Shown piece by piece: positions 30,614-40,050 of a stretch of 64,000 bases of DNA. The position numbers were made by a program, and so were the translations under genes. Origin of the DNA: a virus; the IMG/VR virus record IMGVR_UViG_3300025162_000043, positions 1 to 64,000 of that record. The stretch is one strand, 5' to 3'. A model generated the notes under the pieces. It did no database searches and had not been told where the DNA came from. It saw only the letters and a program-made list of their open reading frames with translations. The stretch's first letter is position 1; each line of letters starts with the position of its first letter.

Positions 30614-31013
30614 TGGTGGACCTGCCGAAGATCTGCCCTTCGGGTCTCTATAATAGAAAACTTACAATACTACAAGTTTAGTTCGTTGGTGATTTCTGCC
30701 GTTTACTTACGAACACCTGAGCGGCATATCCATACACTGGTATGTCAGCAGTAATATGATTGGAACCATATCAAGTTTCACCCGCTATAGAGCCGTGGAT
30801 TTTGTAGCGAGTATCCTTATCCACGTCCGAATTATGCCAAAGCCAACTCGAAAACTGACTCCTCAACATCGTTAAGCGACATCTCAAAATCAATTTCTGC
30901 AATCTTATTTAAGCGATTGTCATCTGTCTTCGGTCAGATTTTATGCTGTCCATCCGACCAACCAGCACTTGCATTATAAGCCATCAATCATAGATCGAAT
31001 CTATTACAGGCCC
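30614..31013 (-). ncRNA. ssrA: tmRNA
   Basis: GGGCCTG/CAGGTCC-ACCA acceptor with G3.U70, GATTCGA motif, pk1-like region, tag ORF 30921-30832 ending ELALA*, TTGACA promoter upstream. Confidence 0.92.
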
Positions 31014-31060
31014 ATTTCAATAAATATACCAGACCCCATCAAAGGTGTCAAGTTTTTTCG

Positions 31061-31128
31061 GTCAACAACCCCTAGGTCGGAATTCCTCCCCAAGGCTAAA
31101 GCCGTTGGGGCTTCCTTCCTCCAAGTAA
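31061..31128 (-). mobile_element. 68-nt IS200/IS605 derivative inserted in a gene 3' end
   Basis: After TTCAC; hairpin with TTTAG loop; ends GTTGTTGAC; excision restores ...GIFTEKT*. Confidence 0.78.
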
Positions 31129-31511
31129 GTGAAAATCCCCTTCTCCTCAGAATACATAACATCTTTGATAACTATCTTGTCAACTTTAACCTCTGACCCA
31201 TTCTCAAAATATACATCCCCCTTAATAGTAAACTGAGTTTCGTGAATACTGTCAATATCCCCCTCCTTTACCACAAGCCTTATGGCTAATGTATCATCAC
31301 TCCTAAATGCCAGACTTAATACATCAACTTTAATGTGATCAAAATACATGCTCACACAAGGACGCTTATCTAACTTCTGATTGAACTCTTCCACGGCCTC
31401 ACGTAATATATAAGGATGAAACTCGTATTGCTTAAATACAGGCGGAGTCACAATAGGATGATAATAATTAATCCCCCGATCCATTATCACACTCTCAGAA
31501 TCAAATCTCAT
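31062..31511 (-). CDS. Hypothetical protein, C-terminus IS-derived
   Basis: ORF track. Confidence 0.55.
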   Translation of the reverse strand: MRFDSESVIMDRGINYYHPIVTPPVFKQYEFHPYILREAVEEFNQKLDKRPCVSMYFDHIKVDVLSLAFRSDDTLAIRLVVKEGDIDSIHETQFTIKGDVYFENGSEVKVDKIVIKDVMYSEEKGIFTYLEEGSPNGFSLGEEFRPRGC

Positions 31512-31562
31512 AGCAATGAATAAAAGACAAATGCAATATAATGCATATGAAATAAACACAAA

Positions 31563-31850
31563 TTATTGGCCATATTCAGGATTAATAAGTAGTTCATGAG
31601 ATTTCTTTCTCCGTTCTTTATTCAACCGACGTTTCTTCTCTTGTAGTTTTTCTGCATCAGTCATCTCATTAATCCAATTATCAACTTCTTTGCGAAGCCC
31701 CCTTAATGTACGATTGCGCCGACGCATATCCCTGGAAAGAATTCGACTGCTCTCTATAAAACTCTCAGTAATAAGATCTTGAATCTCCGCTAATAACTTG
31801 ATTCGACTCTTTTGAAATTGATGCATATTCGATAATATATAGACGTTCAC
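31563..31850 (-). CDS. Hypothetical basic protein
   Basis: ORF track. Confidence 0.5.
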   Translation of the reverse strand: MNVYILSNMHQFQKSRIKLLAEIQDLITESFIESSRILSRDMRRRNRTLRGLRKEVDNWINEMTDAEKLQEKKRRLNKERRKKSHELLINPEYGQ

Positions 31851-31902
31851 AATTCTAAAAATAGGAAGTTGACAAATATTTCAGATGTGCTATGTTGCAC
31901 CC

Positions 31903-32172
31903 ATGAATACATCTTGGCCCGAAACCATTGACAAAGACAAATCTTGGCCCGAAACCATTGCTAAAGAAAAAGAAAAAATAAAAATAACCTTCCGACTTAT
32001 ATGTGCATCCAAAGTAAAGAAGTTTGCCCTGGAATTTGCAAAAAATCAAATCCGTACCAAAAATCATACCCGCGTAAGTGAAGAATTCCTCATCTCTTGC
32101 GAAATAGCACTCAAGAATTATATCATCTCCCGAGTAAAAATGCAACCCACAAAAGGAAAAACTTTGACGTAA
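31903..32172 (+). CDS. Putative histone-fold-like small protein
   Basis: LICASKVKKF...RVSEEFL...ALKNYI...GKTL resembles prokaryotic histone alpha1-alpha2-L2. Confidence 0.5.
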   Translation: MNTSWPETIDKDKSWPETIAKEKEKIKITFRLICASKVKKFALEFAKNQIRTKNHTRVSEEFLISCEIALKNYIISRVKMQPTKGKTLT

Positions 32173-32196
32173 TACTTATAACAAGGTAATATTACA

Positions 32197-32629
32197 ATGA
32201 ATAACTATAACAAGAACGAAGAGGAAATTATAACCCAATGCCTAATGGTCTCTTCTTGCTGTGGTGCTGCCCCATTAGGATGCTTGGAAGAAAATATATG
32301 CGGACATATGATCGGAATATGTTCGGAATGTCACCAAGAAACTAACTTCGAGAAAGATACGGAAGATGAAAATAGTCGCTAAATATATCGGAAAAGTAAA
32401 CGAATTCAACCAACCCCCAGCCCTATCCTATGTCACATTGAAAAATGTAGACACCAATGAGGAAATTAATACACATGCCCTATCCCAAATGCTCCTGGAT
32501 GCAGGAGTCGATTACGTGAAATGTGAATTCGAAGTCCTCGTCATGGAAAATGATGAGGGAAAACATAAAGCAATAACTAAAGAATTAAAATCCCATAATA
32601 ATACCCCAACTGATAATTTTGATATTTGA
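32197..32629 (+). CDS. Two small hypothetical ORFs (32197-32382 Cys-rich; 32366-32629)
   Basis: SSCCGA...GICSEC; overlapping ORFs. Confidence 0.55.
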
Positions 32630-32632
32630 TAT

Positions 32633-33964
32633 GTCAACTACTCCTAGCCTAAAGGCATAGGGGCTTGTAATACTTCCTTACTAGCAGAAGATTTACATAC
32701 AATTGGCGAATTGACTGTCGCCTGCCCATAAGTCAGATTCGAGGTCTGTGATACGGGAAGTTTGGATAATTTTGCTATATTTATACTAGCATTGATATCC
32801 GCATCATAAACAAGACCGTTTTTAGAATAAAACCTACAACCATGTCTTTCACCTTCAATCTTACCGCTTACGCAGTCAGTTTGAGAAGTATAAGATGGGC
32901 GAACGAAAGTTATGGTTTTACCCATATTCTCTGCCTTATATGTTATTATTCTACGGAGTTCAAACATCGGTACTTGACTAATGTTTCTCTTATTTTGATA
33001 TCTATTTTTCTTTTTCTTTATTCCTTTGAGATTTTCTAATACAATGGTGTCGGCATTAGTTTTTAATACTTCATTGGCAATTAAATGAGTTTGATTTTTA
33101 TTTTGGTTATGCTCTTTATGACGCAGTTTGTTAAGATGTTTTTTGGATGATTTATTACTTTTAGATTTAAGACAATCTTTTAAATGTCTTAACTTACGTT
33201 TATTACCATTAAATTTTTTATCAATAATTAATCTACCATCTGATGTGGCGGCACTACGTCTAATTCCTATATCAACCCCCAATGCTAATTTCTGGTTTAA
33301 CATTTCTTTTGGTTTATTTTCAAAACAAAAAGAAATAAACAATTTTCCATTATTTTCGTAAATAAGCGGATCTTTATATTGATATTTATCCAATAGTTTC
33401 TTAAGTTGTGGATAAACAACAAATTTAAAAGACTGTCGTTTGTTATTAGTGGTAATTCGGATGGAATATTTATCTTTTTTATCTTGAGAATAAAGTCGTT
33501 TATCAAGACGCATTGATAAATTCTTCTTAATAATTGGAAATTTTAATTTGTGTTTATTAGATTTTGTGGATTTGTAACTGGAAAGACACTCCTGTTCCGC
33601 TTTAATAATTACTTGAGATGGAATGTTTGAATATTGTTTTCGAATATTATTATAAACTTTAGAATGGAGAATTATCAGCGAATTCTTTTTTTCAGTAAAT
33701 TGAAGTTGGGAAGCGAAGTTAAATACTATTTTATGCATATCAAGAATTGATTTCAGCGAATCAAAATCTTCTTCATTTTTCATTAAAAGTTGAGTATTAT
33801 AACTTAGCACACTAATATATATCATTGAAATTATCAAAACATCAAATTATTTCAAAATAAATGATTTTTCTTTTGTTGACATTTGGAAAGGATGTGTTAA
33901 CATTAAGAATGGTCGCAATTCCTCCGCTACCCTAAAGGGATAGCGGTTTCCTTGCTCCAAAAAT
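32633..33964 (-). mobile_element. IS200/IS605-family element carrying tnpB only (IS1341-like)
   Basis: TTCAT|ATTTTTGGAGC left end with hairpin; right end GCCTTTAGGCTAGGAGTAGTTGAC. Confidence 0.9.
32644..33837 (-). CDS. tnpB: RNA-guided nuclease TnpB (start uncertain)
   Basis: RuvC motifs LGVDIG, IVLENL, DADINASINI intact; YTSQT motif; degenerate Zn finger. Confidence 0.92.
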   Translation of the reverse strand: MIISMIYISVLSYNTQLLMKNEEDFDSLKSILDMHKIVFNFASQLQFTEKKNSLIILHSKVYNNIRKQYSNIPSQVIIKAEQECLSSYKSTKSNKHKLKFPIIKKNLSMRLDKRLYSQDKKDKYSIRITTNNKRQSFKFVVYPQLKKLLDKYQYKDPLIYENNGKLFISFCFENKPKEMLNQKLALGVDIGIRRSAATSDGRLIIDKKFNGNKRKLRHLKDCLKSKSNKSSKKHLNKLRHKEHNQNKNQTHLIANEVLKTNADTIVLENLKGIKKKKNRYQNKRNISQVPMFELRRIITYKAENMGKTITFVRPSYTSQTDCVSGKIEGERHGCRFYSKNGLVYDADINASINIAKLSKLPVSQTSNLTYGQATVNSPIVCKSSASKEVLQAPMPLG

Positions 33965-34198
33965 ATGAATATGCCGTTCAAATCACCCCAAGAAGCTATC
34001 GATGCCTGTGAAGCCGAATCCCTACGAGCCTGGCAAGAATACCTCGTAACTAATAAACTCGACCCCGAGAAATCTCCCAAAGCCTGCGCAGCCGCTCATC
34101 GTGTGTTCCACGCAGGTTATATCGCAGGCGCTAAATGGGTCAGCGGTGCCATCATCGAAAAAATGATGGCAAATGACAATCCAAACTTAATATGGTAA
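33965..34198 (+). CDS. Hypothetical protein
   Basis: ATG abuts the IS left end. Confidence 0.6.
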   Translation: MNMPFKSPQEAIDACEAESLRAWQEYLVTNKLDPEKSPKACAAAHRVFHAGYIAGAKWVSGAIIEKMMANDNPNLIW

Positions 34199-34814
34199 CT
34201 GCCCACTCGGTGATGGCCTCATCCGCCGACCACTGTTCATTAACCAATCATCCACCTCAACCGTGTGCTCTCGATAATATTGCCACCCCAAAGGATTAAC
34301 CGGATCCTTCTTCCCACTCTCGCAAATCAAAAATGACGGCACATTCTCCAAATATACAACCTTACCTTTTAATTCTTTTTTCATATTTTTTTACCTTCTT
34401 GGGCCTCTTTACCCATGTCACCTTCGCAGGTTCTAAATCATACATAACAAAATATCCGCAAATAGTTCCATATTCTTCACTCCGATCATCCCCGTTGTCA
34501 TATAATATCCCCCCGTTAAAAGCAATCGCCGCGTGCCCAAACCTATCGTCAACCATCGAAAGACTAACAATACTGTAACCCTCTGGCCCAATCGGACCGT
34601 TTAATCGTAACCCCCCAGTCTCCATAAACGCACGAGCAGGAATATATACCAACCCCCTCCGAAAATTCTTCTTCAACCATACCCGAGTCATGTTCATATA
34701 CTTCTCCCCATATAACTTCACAAACTTCGGAACCCGCTCAGGCTCTATCTCCAATAAACATGCCAAACAATCCGACCAACATGTGTTCTCTGTGTTAGTT
34801 ATATACTTTTTCAT
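34187..34814 (-). CDS. Two hypothetical ORFs (34187-34384; 34362-34814 with a Cys/His papain-like pattern)
   Basis: TCWSDCLACLL...GHAAI...YD. Confidence 0.5.
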
Positions 34815-34981
34815 ATCCCACTACATTACCATACCCAATTCCAAAAAGCAAGCTATAAAATTTGTTTTCCAGGATTTTTTTGAAACACCTATACCTCTAC
34901 TACAAATTCTATGCCTATAAAATACGCATATGCATGAATACGTATATGTAGCTATTAAAAGTAGTATCCATATGTTAAACA

Positions 34982-35063
34982 GGTAGGGGGGGCGATTGGG
35001 AGGGGTGTTTTCAGGCCTGTTCAGACACACACCCCCGGGGGAGCCGGGGGGGAGTCTGGGGGA
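34982..35063. other. G-run/GC-hairpin tract at a compositional boundary
   Basis: GGGGGGG, GGG, GGGG, CCCCCGGGGGAGCCGGGGGGG, GGGGG within ~80 nt. Confidence 0.7.
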
Positions 35064-35066
35064 CTA

Positions 35067-35549
35067 TTAGGTTTTCTTAACTAAGTACCATTTAGATCGG
35101 GGAATATTGCTTTCCCGATCAATGTCTTCGTCTGGCGTCAAGTCGATTTTTCCGATAGTTCCATCTTGTGTCCCGTACGTGGACAAACAATTCCGTACCG
35201 ATTGCGGCCGGTATCTTGTCGTACCATTGGCAAACCTTACGCCGACCATGTCAATCACTTCGGTCGTGAATAGACTGACGCCGATTGCCACTGGCCGAAT
35301 TTCAGTCTTCTCAATACCTCTTGGCAATTCGGCATTGGCCATTCTAAGAATGTCCCGGACTAACTCCATGATGCCAATTACAGATGATTGCTTGCTCTTG
35401 CCAAGCTTGGCATAATGCGCTTGGAAGTGTGGCCGGACACCGGCAATGGTCAGCGTATTGTTGATCGCTTTGCAATTGTCAAGAATTTCAGAGGACATGG
35501 CTATAGCCGCCTCTTGATCCGCGTTCACTGATTCAATTTTATTTTGCAT
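35067..35549 (-). CDS. Hypothetical protein, possible C-terminal winged-HTH
   Basis: Leaderless start; LFTTEVIDMV..QSVRNCLS..SKWYLV. Confidence 0.5.
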   Translation of the reverse strand: MQNKIESVNADQEAAIAMSSEILDNCKAINNTLTIAGVRPHFQAHYAKLGKSKQSSVIGIMELVRDILRMANAELPRGIEKTEIRPVAIGVSLFTTEVIDMVGVRFANGTTRYRPQSVRNCLSTYGTQDGTIGKIDLTPDEDIDRESNIPRSKWYLVKKT

Positions 35550-35761
35550 ACTTGCCACTAAGATCGCACAACCAAGCTCAATTGTCAAAAAGTATTTGAA
35601 ACTACTTTTTGCGCCAGCGAGGGAGGGAAGAAATACTGGCCAGTAAATGATTCGGTGAAACGAGGGCAAAAAAAGAAATACTGGCCAGTAAATGGTTCGG
35701 TGAAACGAGGGCAGGAAAAGGCTCCCGGGAGCAATTCCCGGGAGCGTGAGATTAGGAATCG

Positions 35762-36136
35762 TTATGCTTCGTTGGGATCGCTAGGCCATCCCTGAATTGC
35801 ATTGGCCGGGAGCAGCCAAGTGCAATTGCCCTGCCCCGGACCGCTAACATAGGTTCGGAGCGTGCGCCCAAAGTAGGTCACGCGGTTGGCAGACCCATCT
35901 GCCGGCTTATAGCTGATGGTGCAGACCATCTTGACCTGCGCCTTGCCATCGGCAATGGCTTTGTTCAACCGGCTAACGGTCACGCTTCGGGTCTTGCCGA
36001 CCTGCACGCCAACGGCAACGGCAACCGCGTCAAGTTCCTCCGTGGACATAGACGCAATAAGGACGGATGCGGCAGCAGGCTTGCTGGTTTCAGGGGCAGC
36101 GGCAATGATGTTTTCGGCAGTATTTTCAGTATTCAT
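35762..36136 (-). CDS. Hypothetical protein
   Basis: ORF between promoter block and terminator hairpin at 35721-35745. Confidence 0.65.
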   Translation of the reverse strand: MNTENTAENIIAAAPETSKPAAASVLIASMSTEELDAVAVAVGVQVGKTRSVTVSRLNKAIADGKAQVKMVCTISYKPADGSANRVTYFGRTLRTYVSGPGQGNCTWLLPANAIQGWPSDPNEA

Positions 36137-36451
36137 TTGATTGTCTTTCCAACACAGTATTTTTCGAGACTTGGCGGGCTTACGTATCCCGCTCTCAACA
36201 TATAGACCATAACACAGGTTCTCTGTTTGTCAAAAAGTATTTGAAACTATTTTTGATCGCTATCGTCCGAGCTGAGGTTCTCCGGCATGGGGGAAGAAAT
36301 ACTGGCCAGTAAATATTCAAAGAAATACTGGCCAGTAATTCTTGCCATGCACAGTAAATGATTCGGTGAGCACAGTATTTAATTCGGTGAGATTTGGGCA
36401 GGGAAAAGGCCCCGGATGTCTGCCTCCGGGGATGAGTGATGATGCTTTCCG

Positions 36452-36709
36452 TTATTTATCAGCGTGCAACGCGATTGAACACCTGACATGGTGCAAATCG
36501 CTTTGATGGGTATATGTCGCGCCATCAATTGACCATGCATACCGGCATCCTTCGTAGCTACCATCGAAACCCCAATAGGTGCCAACTTCTATCACGGTAC
36601 AGGTTACTGCTACACTTATCAGTTTTGATCGCCGACCGTTGCCAGTCCGGTGGTGAACTAAATTTCTAAACTTCATTCCCAGAACAATGGGTGTATCATT
36701 CATGTCCAT
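36452..36709 (-). CDS. Hypothetical protein
   Basis: ORF between repeat blocks. Confidence 0.45.
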   Translation of the reverse strand: MDMNDTPIVLGMKFRNLVHHRTGNGRRSKLISVAVTCTVIEVGTYWGFDGSYEGCRYAWSIDGATYTHQSDLHHVRCSIALHADK

Positions 36710-36960
36710 ATCATACATCATCCAGGTAATTTGTCAAAAAATATTTACAACTACTTTTGATCGCCAACCCGGCTTCCCTGCCTTGACCGAAGAAATACTG
36801 GCCAGTAAATATTCTTATATCGCCTAATGTATTTAGAAATACTGGCCAGTAATTCTTGCGGAGCACAGTATTTAATTCGGTGAAATTTGGGCAGGAAAAA
36901 GCGAAGGACCGTACCATTTCTGGCACGATCCTTGCTCGTGTTGTGTTCTCGAATGGCCAA

Positions 36961-37563
36961 CTAATCGGCTAAAATGGATTCGACTTCGGCCATTTCTGGC
37001 ATTTCAACTACTACGCCAGATGCTCTTAGATAATAGACGTTTTTGAGATTGACGGCAATCACGGAGGGCTTAAAGTCTGGTTTTTCAGTTTCCTTGTAAA
37101 GCCAGGGAGCAACCACTTCATCAAACTCTGGTTCATTGGCTTCATTACAATAGGCACGTGTGGACTTATGCGGGAAGTATTGGAGATAGTATTGACCATC
37201 ACGCTTGGCTTCGTCCTTGTGTTGGACCAACGGAAGATTTTTGCCGTCTATGGTCTTAAGGTGTTCATACCATGTTTCGCCGTTCTGGTACTCAACTTGG
37301 GACAATTCGACGCCAAGCTTAGCAGCAATCCGAGTGCAAACGCTAGTATTATAGTTAGCGTTGACAATGCCAATCTTCCGGGATACCTTATACAAGCCAT
37401 TTTTGGACTTGGCAGATGCTCCCCAGGGGTTTCCTGCCTTGATCTTGACCACTGGCGTTTTGCTAAGGATAGCGACAAACCGGCAAGCTGTTCCATTGGT
37501 CTTGATAAAACCGAGCATCTCTAACACGGATACCATTTGAACCACATTTTTCTTGTCTAACAT
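36961..37563 (-). CDS. Phage hypothetical protein
   Basis: 200-aa ORF between repeat blocks. Confidence 0.7.
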   Translation of the reverse strand: MLDKKNVVQMVSVLEMLGFIKTNGTACRFVAILSKTPVVKIKAGNPWGASAKSKNGLYKVSRKIGIVNANYNTSVCTRIAAKLGVELSQVEYQNGETWYEHLKTIDGKNLPLVQHKDEAKRDGQYYLQYFPHKSTRAYCNEANEPEFDEVVAPWLYKETEKPDFKPSVIAVNLKNVYYLRASGVVVEMPEMAEVESILAD

Positions 37564-37862
37564 ATTTTTACTTTCGAGTTAACACTAGAGAGCGTGTTGC
37601 TCTCTTACACCAACACCATACCACAGGTTCTCTGTTTGTCAAAAAGTATTTGAAACTATTTTTGATCGCTATCGTCCGAGCTGAGGTTCCCCGGCATGGG
37701 GAAGAAATACTGGCCAGTAATTCTTAATTATATTATTCCACGGGTATTATATTAAGAAATGTTTACTGGCCAGTAATTCTTACGATGCACAGTAAATGAT
37801 TCGGTGAGAAGTACAAAAAAAAGGCCCGAGGTTTATACCCCGGGCGTGATCGACCAGATAAT

Positions 37863-38900
37863 TTATGCGGTAGTATTCGCCAATAGCTGTTTGCCTAAGT
37901 CAACACAACCGTTGAATGATTCGTCATCATCATCCCTAGTAACCAATCGCCAAAAATCGGCTTTAGATTGCTGCCCCGAACCGTATTCGGAGGAAAGGAA
38001 TTGACGCATTGGATTGGTGTCTTTGCCACTAGAGTAATGCGTATAGTAATCAGTCACCGCTGAAAATGCGTCGGCACGAGTACTACCGCCATTCCCCTTG
38101 CCAGACTCATAAAGGTTTACAAGTTGCAATATAGTATTGTTTGCCCGAGTGGAAAGACCTTTTTCCACGGTCTTTGCATCGGTTATTCTACGCCCGAGGA
38201 AGCCAGCAAAGAGATTTGTAGCGACTGGACTAGACAACGGCACTTGGCTTAGTTTTTGAAATTCAAGTTGAAATTCAGCTTGAACGCCAATTGCCTTATC
38301 GATCAATTTCGCCATCTCTGGCAACCGCATGATTGCGTTTTTTGTGTGGCGCTGGCGGATACGAATATCATCGGAATTATCGGAATGTTTATTTTCCACG
38401 CTAAACAGATTGGAAGAAAATGTATTGTCGCAAACCGTGCATGTATTACTAGTATTGACCCACAACACCGAGGATTTATCGTGTCCGTTGCCGAAATTGA
38501 GGTAGGCGGAGAATGAACGACCGCCAGCGACAAATGCTTCCATACCATTTAGCTTAGTGGAAACAAAGACCCTGCCCCTGTTGCGGACACTTCCCACGGA
38601 AACAATTTCATGCGAAGTTCCGGCGATACTAGCCCTGACCAGTTCAAGGAAGGATTTGTTGTCAACCGGCTTGAAAGTTTCGGGGTTGTAGGGTTGCCCT
38701 ATTTCAACGTCGGGAATGTCAGAGCATTCAAGGACTGCCCATTTCGATGGTTTCCCACGTTTTTCCAGGAGAATGGGTTGCACATCCCATTCTGTTAGCC
38801 AATTATCTTCTAACGTGATAACTGGCTTGATCTTAGTAAGACCGTGCCATGCCTGTTGAATACCTTGCTGTTGATCGTTCTGTTCTATTCTATGAGCCAT
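37863..38900 (-). CDS. DUF932-family protein
   Basis: AWHGL, GSVRNRGRVF, NGHDKS, VCDNT, RHTKN, AFSAVTDYYTH. Confidence 0.85.
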   Translation of the reverse strand: MAHRIEQNDQQQGIQQAWHGLTKIKPVITLEDNWLTEWDVQPILLEKRGKPSKWAVLECSDIPDVEIGQPYNPETFKPVDNKSFLELVRASIAGTSHEIVSVGSVRNRGRVFVSTKLNGMEAFVAGGRSFSAYLNFGNGHDKSSVLWVNTSNTCTVCDNTFSSNLFSVENKHSDNSDDIRIRQRHTKNAIMRLPEMAKLIDKAIGVQAEFQLEFQKLSQVPLSSPVATNLFAGFLGRRITDAKTVEKGLSTRANNTILQLVNLYESGKGNGGSTRADAFSAVTDYYTHYSSGKDTNPMRQFLSSEYGSGQQSKADFWRLVTRDDDDESFNGCVDLGKQLLANTTA

Positions 38901-39300
38901 ATTTTGATTCTTTCAATTTAATTGTTTTTTACTCTAACAATTACACACTACATCTAAACAGGAAAAAGTCAAATTGTTTTTGATTTATTTTGGATTTATT
39001 TGATGCACTAAAAAGAATTTAAGCACCGACGGCAGAGAGCGGCGGAGGCCGAAGAAATACTGGCCAGTATTTCTTATACTATATTTCAATAGTATTCCGC
39101 CCGTTATTATATTAAGAATTTGAAGAAATACTGGCCAGTAAATATTCAAAGAAATACTGGCCAGTAATTCTTACGATGCACAGTAAATGATTCGGTGAGA
39201 ATAGTATTTAATTCGGTGAGCGAAGGATGAAAAACAAAAATGCCTCTGGTTCCGACCAGAGGCACCTATACAATATGAATATAGAACCGCCAAAGAAATC

Positions 39301-40014
39301 TTACATTTTCACAGTCTCTTGTTCTCCAACATGGAGGACTTCTGTTTTATATTCTTCTGATTGACTGCAATAACCACCTTCATAATGCCCATAGTAAACA
39401 TTCTGAGGATCAAAGATTGTTCCGAGTTTTACTTTTTTGCATTCACATGCATAAAGATTGCCCCGAGGAGTACAGAACAATCCACCACAGCAACCAGCTT
39501 TTTGACTGCGATTGCCCCAGTTTTTAGCCCTGCCCATTGCTTGAACATAAGTTATTTCGCCATTTATGTCCCTGCAATCGTATTCATTCTGAAAGTTAGA
39601 CGCATATAAATCTTTTTTAGGGCGTTGAAATGCTTTGCGTACTTTATCAGTAACCATACTTTTATCATGGTATTGATCTTGAGATAAACGACACCCAATA
39701 ACTCCGCGCTCTGCCAAGTGTGCAAGCGTAAGAGAAACATTCTCATTGGTGCCGTTAGTTACCATAAACACAGCAGGAGACCCCAGACTATTGGATTGGG
39801 ATGCTAATTCCCATACAGCATACATAAGGAATTCCTGAAAAAGTGGATGCAAAGTAGGTTCTCCGCCTCCAATAGTAATTGAACAATCCTGATCGGAGAC
39901 AAGTTTAATTGCCGCGTGGAAAGTTTCCCTGCTCATATCGGTTCCCTTGGCAGTGCAAGCAAAACAGCAGTGACTGCAAGTCATATTACATTTTGTCGAA
40001 ATCTGTATATACAT
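39301..40014 (-). CDS. Radical SAM protein
   Basis: CNMTCSHC, GGGEPTLHP, VTNG. Confidence 0.88.
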   Translation of the reverse strand: MYIQISTKCNMTCSHCCFACTAKGTDMSRETFHAAIKLVSDQDCSITIGGGEPTLHPLFQEFLMYAVWELASQSNSLGSPAVFMVTNGTNENVSLTLAHLAERGVIGCRLSQDQYHDKSMVTDKVRKAFQRPKKDLYASNFQNEYDCRDINGEITYVQAMGRAKNWGNRSQKAGCCGGLFCTPRGNLYACECKKVKLGTIFDPQNVYYGHYEGGYCSQSEEYKTEVLHVGEQETVKM

Positions 40015-40050
40015 ATATCGTCTCCTACATTAACACAGTCTATCCTGTTG

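Noticed and set aside
33408-33416. DnaA box TTATCCACA (minus strand)
   Set aside because: Single copy inside tnpB; expected by chance.
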